32,000 bases of DNA, from NCBI GenBank assembly GCA_041662745.1, contig JBAZRV010000007.1, positions 9,180-41,179 on the forward strand. The letters are read 5' to 3'. Made by a program: the position numbers and the translations under genes. Positions 16,739 to 26,034 of this stretch are shown here, in pieces (position 1 is the stretch's first letter; the number at the start of each line of letters is the position of its first letter). Source of the DNA: Patescibacteria group bacterium (GTDB lineage Bacteria; Patescibacteriota; Patescibacteriia; 2-01-FULL-39-33). Under the pieces are notes generated by a model, which worked only from the letters and a program-made list of their open reading frames with translations, was not told the origin of the DNA and did no database searches.

Positions 16739-17368
16739 CTATAAAAATCTGCTTAAAATGTTTATCAGCCGCTGGAAAAGACTGCCGAAAATTCCAACAT
16801 TAGTAAAATTATCAATTAGCACCAGGGCTAATAAAATATACGGCCCATACATTAGGTATTTTTCCTTAAAGTCTGAAAATTTATCCGGGATAACGGCCAG
16901 CAACACCCTGGATCCGTCCAGCGGGGGTATGGGAATTAAATTAAAAACAAAAAGAGAGATATTGATTAAAACCAACAGGAATAAAAAATTAACTAATAAA
17001 TTCATCGGTCCCAATGCGGGTGAAATCATTTTGAAAAGGACGGCAAAAATAAACATTCCCAAAAGATTGGCTAAGGGGCCGGCAAAAGCTACCGCTGCCG
17101 TACCCCAACGACCGCCGCGCAAATTATAAGGGTTGACCGGCACCGGCTTAGCCCAGCCAAAACCGGCGATCAACATCATAATAAATCCTAACGGATCCAA
17201 ATGAACCAGCGGGTTGAAATTCAGCCGGCCCTCGTCTTTGGCGGTGGAATCGCCCAATAAATTAGCGGCCAGAGCATGGAAAAATTCATGAATGGTCAAA
17301 GTAACTAAAATTGCCAAAATCCAAGAAAGAAAAAATAACGGTTCGGTAAACAGCCAATTTAAGGGCAT
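16739..17368 (-). CDS. Site-2 protease family (M50) membrane metalloprotease
   Basis: LTIHEFFHALAA (HExxH), NLIPIPPLDGSR motif, multiple transmembrane stretches. Confidence 0.93.
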   Translation of the reverse strand: MPLNWLFTEPLFFLSWILAILVTLTIHEFFHALAANLLGDSTAKDEGRLNFNPLVHLDPLGFIMMLIAGFGWAKPVPVNPYNLRGGRWGTAAVAFAGPLANLLGMFIFAVLFKMISPALGPMNLLVNFLFLLVLINISLFVFNLIPIPPLDGSRVLLAVIPDKFSDFKEKYLMYGPYILLALVLIDNFTNVGIFGSLFQRLINILSRFL

Positions 17369-17547
17369 AAGGCTAATTATTGGTTAAAGCTTGATAATCA
17401 CGACTGAATCTTACCATATTTGACTTGTTTGTTCAAATTTGTTAGAATAACTTTACATTTTGAAACTCAAATACCTCAGTTCAGCAGGCAACATTAAACC
17501 GCCCTGATTCCGAGGTAATATTTTAAAAAAATAATTTTACATTTTAT

Positions 17548-17724
17548 ATGTCCAAAGCATGTTCCGTTTGCGGCCGCGGCACCAGAAGCAGCTTTTCCGT
17601 CTCTCACTCCAACATTAAATCCAAGCGCACTCAGAAAATCAATCTGAAAAGCAAAAGATTGGACGGCAAATCAACCGCTATCTGCACCGCCTGCCTGAAA
17701 ACCAAAGCCAAAAAACAAAAATAA
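17548..17724 (+). CDS. rpmB: 50S ribosomal protein L28 (58 aa; below the ORF-track cutoff)
   Basis: MSKACSVCGRGTRSSFSVSHSNIKSKRTQKINLKSKRLDGKSTAICTACLKTKAKKQK, with paired CxxC motifs. Confidence 0.95.
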   Translation: MSKACSVCGRGTRSSFSVSHSNIKSKRTQKINLKSKRLDGKSTAICTACLKTKAKKQK

Positions 17725-17750
17725 TCATTGCTATTCCGCTTTTGCAGCAT

Positions 17751-17772
17751 CCCGGCTACGGCCGGGTTTTTT
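17751..17772 (+). terminator. Rho-independent terminator of rpmB
   Basis: CCCGGC-TACG-GCCGGG-TTTTTT. Confidence 0.93.
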
Positions 17773-17799
17773 GTTGCCGAAACATTAAAGTGATATAAT
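17771..17799 (+). promoter_or_regulatory. Promoter TTGTTG-17-TATAAT with extended -10 (TG)
   Basis: ttgttg 17771-17776, tgaTATAAT ending 17799; begins in the rpmB terminator T-tract. Confidence 0.6.
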
Positions 17800-17977
17800 T
17801 AATGAAAGCCGGACATTACATTATGTGGCCATAACCGACCGATGAATCGTGAGACGCATAAATAGAGATGCTATTTCAAGAAAAAATACAGCTTTAATTG
17901 GTAATATAATCAGCTAAAACGTCTTATTAAACTTGGCATTAACGACTGACACGCAGTCAGCGGTGCCAATTAAATAT

Positions 17978-18199
17978 ATGACAATACAAAAAACCGAGGC
18001 AAACTCAGGCAGGTGCGTTTGCGGGCAATGCCCTTCTTACAGCGACTGTTTGAGAGACAGAGCAGAGGGATTATTCTGCGCCTCGGGCAAAGCCACTTGC
18101 GAAATCAAAAAAAGTGGTTGCTTGTGTGGCGGCTGCCCGATCGCCACTGAATACAACTTAAATGGCGGTTACTGGTGCATTGAAGGAGTCGCGGAGTAA
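17978..18199 (+). CDS. Small Cys-rich protein, DUF2769-like (start possibly TTG at 17933)
   Basis: CVCGQCPSYSDC...LFCASGKATC...GCLCGGCPIATEYNLNGGYWC. Confidence 0.7.
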   Translation: MTIQKTEANSGRCVCGQCPSYSDCLRDRAEGLFCASGKATCEIKKSGCLCGGCPIATEYNLNGGYWCIEGVAE

Positions 18200-18261
18200 G
18201 GCAAAAAAACAAAAGAACAAAATTCCCGCCCCTTTAGGGGGGGGGGATAATATTAAAAGTG

Positions 18262-18292
18262 AAAAAATCACTGGCTTCGGCCAGCGATTTTT
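18262..18292. terminator. Bidirectional terminator between DUF2769-like gene and ndk
   Basis: aaaaaatcaCTGGC-TTCG-GCCAGcgattttt. Confidence 0.8.
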
Positions 18293-18319
18293 AAATTTGA
18301 ATTATCTTATGGGAAGATT

Positions 18320-18811
18320 TTATAAAGTATGCGCTTCGTAAACCGTCTTATAATCAAAAATCTCATCCTCATTAAACCAAACGTATATTTCCCTCTCTGC
18401 GTCAGCCTTATCAGCGGAAGCATGAACGAGATTAGCGACAACTTTTTTCTCCGTATCGGCATGGGAATAAGAAACATGGGAATAATCGCCGCGAATAGTG
18501 CCGGGAGTGGCGGACTTGGGTTCGGTTGCGCCCACCATCATGCGGACGTTGTCAATAGCATCCACGCCCTCAACCACAAAAGCCAAAACCGGTCCCGAGG
18601 TAATAAAATCAATCAAATATTTTCGGACATGTTCGCCGCGGCGGACGGCAATATCTTCGGTGTAATGCGCCTTGGCCTTCTCTTCGCTGACCCAGGCTAA
18701 ACGCATGGCCACAATCTTCATGCCCACTTTTTCAAAACGGGCGACTATTTCCCCCATCACCCCGCGCTTAACGGCATCAGGCTTAAGCAAAACCAATGTT
18801 CGTTCAATCAT
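18320..18811 (-). CDS. ndk: Nucleoside-diphosphate kinase
   Basis: MIERTLVLLKPDAVKRGVMGEI...GATEPKSATPGTIRGDY...NLVHASADKADAEREI. Confidence 0.95.
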   Translation of the reverse strand: MIERTLVLLKPDAVKRGVMGEIVARFEKVGMKIVAMRLAWVSEEKAKAHYTEDIAVRRGEHVRKYLIDFITSGPVLAFVVEGVDAIDNVRMMVGATEPKSATPGTIRGDYSHVSYSHADTEKKVVANLVHASADKADAEREIYVWFNEDEIFDYKTVYEAHTL

Positions 18812-18812
18812 A

Positions 18813-19190
18813 TTATTTTAAATATTTTTTAATAACGTTTATCACATCAGCCGGAGTATGCTGCGCCTTGACAAAATATTCTTCGGCGCCCAGCTGCTGA
18901 CCCTTCTCCTGGTCGGATTCCTGACCCAAGTTAGTCATAATAATCGTTGGAATCTTTTTGGTTGCCGCTTCGCTCTTAAGCGAGCTAAGAATGGAAAAAC
19001 CATCAACTTCCGGCAGGATAATATCTAAGAGAATAATGTCCGGATCATCGGTTTTGGCCAGCTCAATCGCCTGGCTGCCCTTATCGGTTATAATGACTTC
19101 ATAACCCTCCTCCTCCAATCGCAATTTATACATATCCACGATCATGGCGTCATCTTCCACGAGCAGTACTTTAATTTTATCACCTGGCAT
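18813..19190 (-). CDS. Single-domain response regulator (start at MPGDKIK; ORF open to 19238)
   Basis: IKVLLVEDDAMIVDMYKLRLEEEGYEV...PDIILLDIILPEVDGF...IPTIIMTNL; no output domain. Confidence 0.93.
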   Translation of the reverse strand: MPGDKIKVLLVEDDAMIVDMYKLRLEEEGYEVIITDKGSQAIELAKTDDPDIILLDIILPEVDGFSILSSLKSEAATKKIPTIIMTNLGQESDQEKGQQLGAEEYFVKAQHTPADVINVIKKYLK

Positions 19191-19261
19191 AATAATAAAA
19201 ATTAGATTAATAATTAAACAACAAAGAAATCTTAACAAAAACCAACAATAAAGTCAAAAAA

Positions 19262-20152
19262 TCAATCAGCAAACATAAACTCCCGGCCGTCGCTGAATAA
19301 GCGAATATCGCCAGCCAAATCGGTACGAAAAATCTTAGCGCCCAACCGCTTCAAATAATACAGCGTACGGTAATGGGGATGGCCGTATTGATTGTCGGCG
19401 CCGACAGAAACTATTGCTAACTCCGGCGCTGCCGCCGACAAAAAACCCTTGTCATTGGCATTAGTTGAACCATGATGCCCGACTTTAAGCACGTCGGATT
19501 TAATCTGAACCATTGATTGCAACAATAGCCCCTCCTCATTTTCAAAATCTCCGGTATACAAAGCGGTGGTGGAGCCGTAAACCAATTTAAAAACGATGGA
19601 AGTATTATTAAGATTATCCGCATGTTCACCTTGCCAGTTTTTCTCCGGCGCCAGGAATTTCAATACCAAGCCGTCAATTGTTTCTTCTTGCGGTTGTTCA
19701 ATTATTTCCACTGGAATATCCTTCTCTTCAACCAGCCTTAAAAATTCCAAATAATCGGGCGCCGTATGGGTGACTCCGGTCATAATCACCTTGTTTACCT
19801 GATATCTCTTAAGGACTTCCACCAAGCCGGCGACGTGGTCAGAGTGCGGATGGCTCAAAATAACCGTCTCAATGGTCCGATCGGTCGGTGGCAAGTACTG
19901 GCCCAACCCGTACAGCACTTTATTATCGGGCCCGCCATCAACCAAGATATCTTCACCACCGGGAGTTATAATTAATGAGGCGTCCCCTTGCCCGACATCA
20001 AAAAATATCAATTCTAAAGACGAGGTGGAACGGATGTTAAAGGTTCCTAAAACGGCGCCGGTATGACGCTGGCAGAAATTAAAGCCGACTCCGGCCAATA
20101 ATAAAAAAATTATAACGAATCCGATTGAATATTTTATGCCTTTATTGGTCAT
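19262..20152 (-). CDS. MBL-fold hydrolase, equivalent to ComEC C-terminal domain
   Basis: LIFFDVGQGDASLIITPGGEDILVDGG...VILSHPHSDHVAGL; one N-terminal TM. Confidence 0.9.
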   Translation of the reverse strand: MTNKGIKYSIGFVIIFLLLAGVGFNFCQRHTGAVLGTFNIRSTSSLELIFFDVGQGDASLIITPGGEDILVDGGPDNKVLYGLGQYLPPTDRTIETVILSHPHSDHVAGLVEVLKRYQVNKVIMTGVTHTAPDYLEFLRLVEEKDIPVEIIEQPQEETIDGLVLKFLAPEKNWQGEHADNLNNTSIVFKLVYGSTTALYTGDFENEEGLLLQSMVQIKSDVLKVGHHGSTNANDKGFLSAAAPELAIVSVGADNQYGHPHYRTLYYLKRLGAKIFRTDLAGDIRLFSDGREFMFAD

Positions 20153-20196
20153 GGATGAATTATAACATACCTAATAAAAAAATTTATAAAAACTAA

Positions 20197-20218
20197 AAAC
20201 CCCGAACTAACGGGGTTT
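20197..20218 (-). terminator. Rho-independent terminator
   Basis: AAACCCCG-TTAGTT-CGGGGTTTTTAG on minus strand. Confidence 0.88.
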
Positions 20219-20243
20219 GAAGGAATACTAAAAATGATGATTA

Positions 20244-21308
20244 TTACGGAACAACGGTAATATATTCAGAATAAGTATTGTTGTTTTCATTTACCTCCGC
20301 TAATTCGCTCGGCTCATCCGCCTTAGCGGTAAAGGTTTTCTTACCGCTGGCGATAAATTTGCCATTATAGGTTATCTCAAAAATCTGGCTGGTGCCAAGC
20401 GGTCTGGAGGCGGAAGGGTAATCGCCGTGATTTATAGTAGCCACGGTAAAATCTTGCCCGATAAAAGAAATATTACGCAGACCGGCCGAGGTCGTCAAAG
20501 CCGAACCGGTATTCTTAATTTGCAACACGACGTTATAATTGGTATTGACTTTAGGCTGCGAAGTGGGGAAAACAATATCGTAAACTATTAAATCTGGCTT
20601 AGTCGGAGAAACCGGGGTTAAATTGTAAACCAAACTGTAGAGGATGGACAAACCGCGTTCAGCCGCCGTAACCGAAGTCTTACCGCTAGCATAAGTCATG
20701 GTAGTCGGAACATCTTTGATAATTGAGCTTTCCTTATAACCATTAGCTTCAAAGCCGGCAGCGGTGACCTTTCTCTTGGCGCCGGCATCAATCAAATAAA
20801 TGTCTTTAGAACCAACATACTGGATTAAAGAACCGTCGGGCAACTTGGAAACGGAAGTAAGAATGCAAGAATTGTCTCTGATATAATCCGTCTCAAAAGA
20901 ACTTTGAATGATAATGGTACGCGACTGCCAATTATCTCCATACAGAGCGCGAACCTCGCACAGCACGCCGCCGGGAGTAACAGCAAAAACTTTGTTGCTG
21001 TTATCAAACTGCGCCAGATTGCTGCCCGGCCTGACTATGACATTCTTGCCATTATCAATCTGATCAAATTCATCTTGAGTAACAATTTTAATTTTTTGAT
21101 CCGACCAACCGCCGCTGTACCAAGTAAAAAAGGTGGCTTGATTGGAGAATAAATGACGCTTCAAATCATCATCAATAATATAAACCGCCGGACTGGACGC
21201 GGTTTTAATCAAATCGCCGGACATCGGTAAATAAGCGGCTCTCGCCGGCTTGCCGCTGCCGCCGACAATAATCAGGGCAATAGCTAAAATTAAAAATATT
21301 TTTTTCAT
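20244..21308 (-). CDS. Secreted protein with a repeated GxLIK...VYxID...KRHxF-type motif and a C-terminal CARDB-like domain
   Basis: Signal peptide; SGDLIKTASSPAVYIIDDDLKRHLFSN and DGSLIQYVGSKDIYLIDAGAKRKVT; KPDLIVYDIVFPTSQPKVNTNYNVVLQIKNTGSA...NENNNTYSEYI. Confidence 0.75.
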   Translation of the reverse strand: MKKIFLILAIALIIVGGSGKPARAAYLPMSGDLIKTASSPAVYIIDDDLKRHLFSNQATFFTWYSGGWSDQKIKIVTQDEFDQIDNGKNVIVRPGSNLAQFDNSNKVFAVTPGGVLCEVRALYGDNWQSRTIIIQSSFETDYIRDNSCILTSVSKLPDGSLIQYVGSKDIYLIDAGAKRKVTAAGFEANGYKESSIIKDVPTTMTYASGKTSVTAAERGLSILYSLVYNLTPVSPTKPDLIVYDIVFPTSQPKVNTNYNVVLQIKNTGSALTTSAGLRNISFIGQDFTVATINHGDYPSASRPLGTSQIFEITYNGKFIASGKKTFTAKADEPSELAEVNENNNTYSEYITVVP

Positions 21309-21347
21309 ACTGCTGATATTTAACTACTAATAGTATAACATTTGATA

Positions 21348-21377
21348 TAAAAAATGCCAAACCCGGCGGGTTTGGCA
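21348..21377 (-). terminator. Rho-independent terminator
   Basis: TGCCAAACCC-GCC-GGGTTTGGCA-TTTTTT on minus strand, 10-bp perfect stem. Confidence 0.94.
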
Positions 21378-21397
21378 TTGAATTCAATGTTCAAAGT

Positions 21398-22054
21398 TTA
21401 CTTGAGATTAAAGCGACCGGATAACTGCGCCAAACGCGCCAATAGGTAATCAAGATTGCATTTTGTTTCGCAACTGTCAATGCCATCATCATCGGCAGGC
21501 AAATCCAAAAGGTCAGGTGAGAACCCGCTTTCGTTGGCATTAATCAGGCTGATTTCCATGGCAGAAAATTGTCCGGTTTCCGACATGGCCTCAGCGATAC
21601 TTCCGCCATCTTTGACAGAATCATGGATCTTTTCTGCCGCCTCCCGCAGTGGAGCATCCAATCGTTTTGAACTTTCTTTCAATGCTTGCAAAATAGGTAC
21701 ACCGAGAAAAAGCAACCTGCTTAAAATCTGATAAAAAGATTCATACTGATCAGCGCGGGAATAAATCGAGCCGTCGACAATGTAATGCATCGCCAAGGGC
21801 ATGGTTCCGCCGGTTTCTCCGCTTCTGACAGCGCACACTTCCAGATCTGAAAACATTGAAGACGCGCTTAAGGCCTTCGAAAAAGACAATCCCCCTCTAA
21901 CATCTTCAATGATTTTCTTAATACCGCGGTCAAAGTCATTAGTAGCGGATAATTGACTGTAAATAACGTTCAATGCTTGCATCAGTGTCAAATTCAAGTC
22001 CAATAAATTTGCCAGATCAAACCAAAACATCCGATATTGCATGGCTCGTGTCAT
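21398..22054 (-). CDS. Soluble protein with two GspF/PilC (T2SSF)-like cytoplasmic domains
   Basis: Repeat 1: FDLANLLDLNLTLMQALNVI...GGLSFSKALSASSMFSDLEVCAVRSGETGG; repeat 2: FYQILSRLLFLGVPILQALKES...DGGSIAEAMSETGQFSAMEISLINANESG. Confidence 0.7.
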   Translation of the reverse strand: MTRAMQYRMFWFDLANLLDLNLTLMQALNVIYSQLSATNDFDRGIKKIIEDVRGGLSFSKALSASSMFSDLEVCAVRSGETGGTMPLAMHYIVDGSIYSRADQYESFYQILSRLLFLGVPILQALKESSKRLDAPLREAAEKIHDSVKDGGSIAEAMSETGQFSAMEISLINANESGFSPDLLDLPADDDGIDSCETKCNLDYLLARLAQLSGRFNLK

Positions 22055-22166
22055 GATTATCCTCCTTTTTGCCCAGCCATAGATTGACGTGGGCGGTTGA
22101 AGTTGTAAAGTGCCTGAATTAAAACTAAATCATTCCTCTATAATTGTCAATAAAGCTATAAAAATA

Positions 22167-23699
22167 CTAAAGTTTATTATTCTGTCGCCAAATAAAACAA
22201 AATAACAAAAAATAAAAAATAATCAATGCCGGCAGACCAAAGCCAGCCAACTCAACAGAACTCAAAGGCAAGGAATCAATTAAACGGGAAACTGTTAGCC
22301 AATATTGAACCGCTAACCAAGTCAGCCAACCAATCATTTTTCCAAGAGCGGGGAAAATTGCTCCCGCAATCGCATTAATCAAACTCAAGATCATTAACGG
22401 CGGAATGATCGGCAAGATTAGCAAATTAGCCGGCAGAGACAATAGAGACAAACGGCCGAAATAGTATAAAATTAACGGCAGAGTGGAAAGCTGAGCGCTG
22501 CCGGTAGTCAAAACTATTTCCTTGATTTGCCAAAATTCCGGCCAATCTTTAAAATACCGCTTAATGATCGGCAATAAGTAACCCAATCCCAAGACTGAAG
22601 CGAAAGATAATTGGAAACCAACGTCATCAAGCAAGGTGAAAGGATTGAACAACAGCATAATTGCGGCAGTGCAAGCCAAAATGTTTTTTATTCCGGTCAA
22701 TCGTCCTAAGGCCGTAGCATAAAGCGCCGCTAACGCCATGATCGCCGATCGTACGGCCGAAGCCGGGGCGCCGACCAGAATCACATAGCCGGCAATGATA
22801 AAGACCGAAGGCCAAAAAGTTTTCTGGCGCCGGACGCCAAAAGCGATAAGCAAATTCAAAATAATGGCAAAAACAACAACCAAATGCGAACCGGAAACGG
22901 CAATTATATGTGTTAAGCCCAAATTAGCGAATATCACGCCGTAAAATTCCGGTATGCCGCGGCTATCGCCGAGGATGATGCCTCTGATAATTGAGGCTTG
23001 CGGTTCGGATAAGGAGCTGTTAATACCCCGAGTTAGCCAGGATTTCAAATGGCCGATATGCCCCAAAACCGACAAGCCGCTTGGCGGAGCCAAGGACTTT
23101 ACTTCAGCCAAAACACAAGCAACAAAAACCCCATCCTTCCGTAGATACCTGGCGTAATCAAAGTCATCAATCATCCCCGGACGGATTAAGCGACAACTGA
23201 CTGCGACCTTTTCGGCCAATTGCCATTCCGGATATAAATCAGTTTTAACCGCTACTCTATCGACTACCGGCCGATTTCTTACTTCTAACGCCGGTGAAAA
23301 ATCCGGGGTCGCCCTAATTAAATAACCCGCCTTAACTGTCAGCTTCTGACTGTCAACGGTTTTATCAACGCGAACAATCCGGCCGATGAATTCCACTGTG
23401 GATGAAGCATAACCGCTCAATCTTTCCGGTTGATTATATTTGGGCAAAGCCGAAACGCAACGCCACCAGCCAAAAATTAAAAAAAATAAAAATAATAAAA
23501 AAACAAGCAATTGGCCGTTGGCTTCATTTACCGGCTTTTTGTTCCTGATTCCAAAACCCAGAACAAAAACCGAAAACAATACGGTCAACCCCAGACAGAA
23601 AAGCCAAAAGGCCGAAAAAATAAAAAAATTACCGAAAAATATTCCGGCAATAAAAGAGAGACAGGAAAAAAATAATAACTGAGCGCGGCTTAGCGGCAT
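22167..23699 (-). CDS. comEC: ComEC/Rec2 family competence membrane protein
   Basis: RGIILGDSRGIPEFYGVIFANLGLTHIIAVSGSHLVV; ALYATALGRLTG; many TM segments; MBL domain absent (separate gene at 19262). Confidence 0.9.
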   Translation of the reverse strand: MPLSRAQLLFFSCLSFIAGIFFGNFFIFSAFWLFCLGLTVLFSVFVLGFGIRNKKPVNEANGQLLVFLLFLFFLIFGWWRCVSALPKYNQPERLSGYASSTVEFIGRIVRVDKTVDSQKLTVKAGYLIRATPDFSPALEVRNRPVVDRVAVKTDLYPEWQLAEKVAVSCRLIRPGMIDDFDYARYLRKDGVFVACVLAEVKSLAPPSGLSVLGHIGHLKSWLTRGINSSLSEPQASIIRGIILGDSRGIPEFYGVIFANLGLTHIIAVSGSHLVVVFAIILNLLIAFGVRRQKTFWPSVFIIAGYVILVGAPASAVRSAIMALAALYATALGRLTGIKNILACTAAIMLLFNPFTLLDDVGFQLSFASVLGLGYLLPIIKRYFKDWPEFWQIKEIVLTTGSAQLSTLPLILYYFGRLSLLSLPANLLILPIIPPLMILSLINAIAGAIFPALGKMIGWLTWLAVQYWLTVSRLIDSLPLSSVELAGFGLPALIIFYFLLFCFIWRQNNKL

Positions 23700-24800
23700 T
23701 ATTTTCCGGCTTGTTGCTTTAGGTAGGCGCCGACAAAATCATCGATTTCGCCGCCAAGCACCCGATCGGTATCGGCGGTTTCATAATCAGTGCGATGATC
23801 TTTTACCAAACGATAGGGTTGCAAAACATAAGAACGAGCTTGATTGCCCCATTGAGCTTGACGGTATTCTCCCTTAATTTTCTCCTTCTTTTCTCCGGCC
23901 GCTTCCTGATAGTACTGCAACAATTTTGATTTTAAAATCTTTAACGCCTTATTTTTATTTTGTAACTGCGATCTTTCATTCTGGCATTTAACAGTGATGC
24001 CGGTCGGCAAATGGGTCAAACGGACAGCGGAATCAGTTGTATTGACCGATTGGCCGCCATGGCCGCCGGCGCGAAAAACATCAACTTTAATATCCTCATC
24101 TTTAATTTCCACTGACTCAATTTCCTCAAGTTCGGGCAATACTTCTACTAAGGCAAAAGAAGTATGGCGCATTTTTTCTGCGTCAAACGGCGAAATGCGC
24201 ACTAATCGATGTACTCCCCCCTCAGACTTCAGCCAGCCATAAGCATAACGGCCGGTTACCTCTATGGTCGCCGATTTTATTCCAGCCTCTCCGCCGGCCG
24301 TTTCATCAATAATCTTAGCCTCAAAGCCGTGGCGCTCGCAAAAACGCAAATACATCCTTACGAGCATTTGCGCCCAGTCCATCGCATCCACTCCGCCAGT
24401 ACCGGCATGGACTGAAAGGACGGCATTCTCTTTGTCGTATTTATCAGAAAATAAAACAGCAAATTCCAAGCGGTCATATTCCGCTTGCAATTGCTGTAAC
24501 TTAGCTGTTAGCTCGAATTGATGGGCTTCCAGTTCGCCACTACTGTCGAAAATTTTCGACAACTCTAAAATCTCGGCTAAATTATCAGTCAACTTCTGCC
24601 AGATTCCCGCCTCCTTCTTCAAATCATCATATTGCTTGCTTACAACCTTAGCGGTTTCGGAGTCAGACCAAAAATCAGGTTTTGACATCTTGACCTCTAA
24701 TCGTTTCAATTCTTTTTCAGTTTGATCGGGGTCAAAGTAACCTCCAGGTGGCGGCTACCTTGTCTTGCAGCTCTTTAATTTTTAGTAACAAGTCGTTCAT
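23699..24800 (-). CDS. prfB: Peptide chain release factor 2, expressed by +1 programmed frameshift at TGA 24732-24734
   Basis: Zero-frame MNDLLLKIKELQDKVAATWRLL-TGA-C with AGG..CTTTGAC, then DPDQTEKELKRLEVKMSKPDFW; GGQ motif RAGGHGGQSVNTTDSAVRLTH. Confidence 0.95.
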
Positions 24801-24804
24801 AAAA

Positions 24805-25044
24805 TTAGGCTATGACCATGCCCAAGATTTTAAAATAATTTTCGTAATCTTTCATAATTGTCGGCAAGTATAAGGCGGCCCAAAGAGCCGGGGCGATCAC
24901 CATAATAATCCAAATGATCGACCAAACCGTTCGCCACATCATATAACGACGGACCCTTTTAATGTCTTCGCGCAGTTCCAAAGTCGCCGCCAAATTTTGT
25001 TGCAATAATTCCAACAATAAATCCTTGGGTTTTTCTTCAACCAT
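24805..25044 (-). CDS. Small membrane protein (79 aa), unknown function
   Basis: Charged N-terminus then hydrophobic IIWIIMVIAPALWAALYLP; directly upstream of prfB. Confidence 0.7.
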   Translation of the reverse strand: MVEEKPKDLLLELLQQNLAATLELREDIKRVRRYMMWRTVWSIIWIIMVIAPALWAALYLPTIMKDYENYFKILGMVIA

Positions 25045-25092
25045 ATTATTAGTCTCTATGGCTTAAAGCCGATTAAAATTTAATAATATTGA

Positions 25093-25779
25093 TTATCTTA
25101 TAACACACTTCTTAACAAAATTTCCTGTCAACTGACGAAAAGCCTCTAACTCTTTCTTAAAAAACGGCTTACCGGAAAAATCATTGCCGGCCAAACACTT
25201 GCCATCTTGAAAATTCTGCAAATAATATAAATCAGCACCCTTGATCGCTTCCGCCATAGCCAGAATGTCCGCTCGCTTATGCCACCCTTTAACCAAAGTG
25301 CTCCGAAACTCATAAGGCAAGCCGCTAGACATCACTAGAGCAATGCTTTCGGCAATGCCATCAGGTCCAACGCCGGCATACCTTTCATATTCTTTAAGCG
25401 ATCCTTTGATATCCATGGCAACATAATCCACTAATCCCTTATCCAACAAGTTCTTAAGGACATCCGGCAATAAGCCGTTAGTATCTAACTTGATAGCATA
25501 GCCGAGTTTCTTCATTTTAGCAAGAAACTTCGTCAACCCTCTTTGCAACGTCGGCTCGCCACCGGTAATAACCAAGCCATCAAGATACTTCCTTCGCCGG
25601 GTCAAAAAATCAATGACCCGATCCTCATTATACAACTTATCAGCCGTTAACCCGGGCCTGACTAATTGCGGATTATAACAAAAAGGGCAGCGCATATTGC
25701 ACCCATAGGTGAATATGATTGCTGCCATTTTTTGCGGATAATCTAATAATGTAACCGGCTGCAAGCCACCAATCTTCAT
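25093..25779 (-). CDS. nrdG: Anaerobic ribonucleoside-triphosphate reductase activating protein (radical SAM)
   Basis: FTYGCNMRCPFCYNPQLV (CxxxCxxC), ITGGEPTLQ. Confidence 0.93.
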   Translation of the reverse strand: MKIGGLQPVTLLDYPQKMAAIIFTYGCNMRCPFCYNPQLVRPGLTADKLYNEDRVIDFLTRRRKYLDGLVITGGEPTLQRGLTKFLAKMKKLGYAIKLDTNGLLPDVLKNLLDKGLVDYVAMDIKGSLKEYERYAGVGPDGIAESIALVMSSGLPYEFRSTLVKGWHKRADILAMAEAIKGADLYYLQNFQDGKCLAGNDFSGKPFFKKELEAFRQLTGNFVKKCVIR

Positions 25780-25796
25780 AATAAAAATAGAACGCC

Positions 25797-25967
25797 TTAA
25801 ACCGGCAACTCCTCCGCGGAACAGCTTCGGCAGTCATCAAAAGTCTTGCGATCAGTGAATTCCGATTGTTTGCCCGGATTCCATTGATCAACCGGCCTGA
25901 TGTAGCCAACGACGCGAGAGTAAACTTCGCAGGGTTGTCTTAAAATTTCTTTGTTATCACCTTCCAT
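25797..25967 (-). CDS. Glycyl-radical C-terminal segment of class III RNR as a separate 56-aa ORF
   Basis: MEGDNKEILRQPCEVYSRVVGYIRPVDQWNPGKQSEFTDRKTFDDCRSCSAEELPV; lies between nrdD and nrdG, below the ORF-track cutoff. Confidence 0.85.
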   Translation of the reverse strand: MEGDNKEILRQPCEVYSRVVGYIRPVDQWNPGKQSEFTDRKTFDDCRSCSAEELPV

Positions 25968-26034
25968 ACTATTTTAAATTAGTTAATAATTTAAAATTAA
26001 CGAACGAAACCACAACCATTAATCCTCAACCAAA

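Noticed and set aside
25673-25909. 78-aa ORF in the nrdD-nrdG region
   Set aside because: Wrong frame; the overlapping 25797-25967 ORF carries the recognisable glycyl-radical sequence and nrdG explains the rest.
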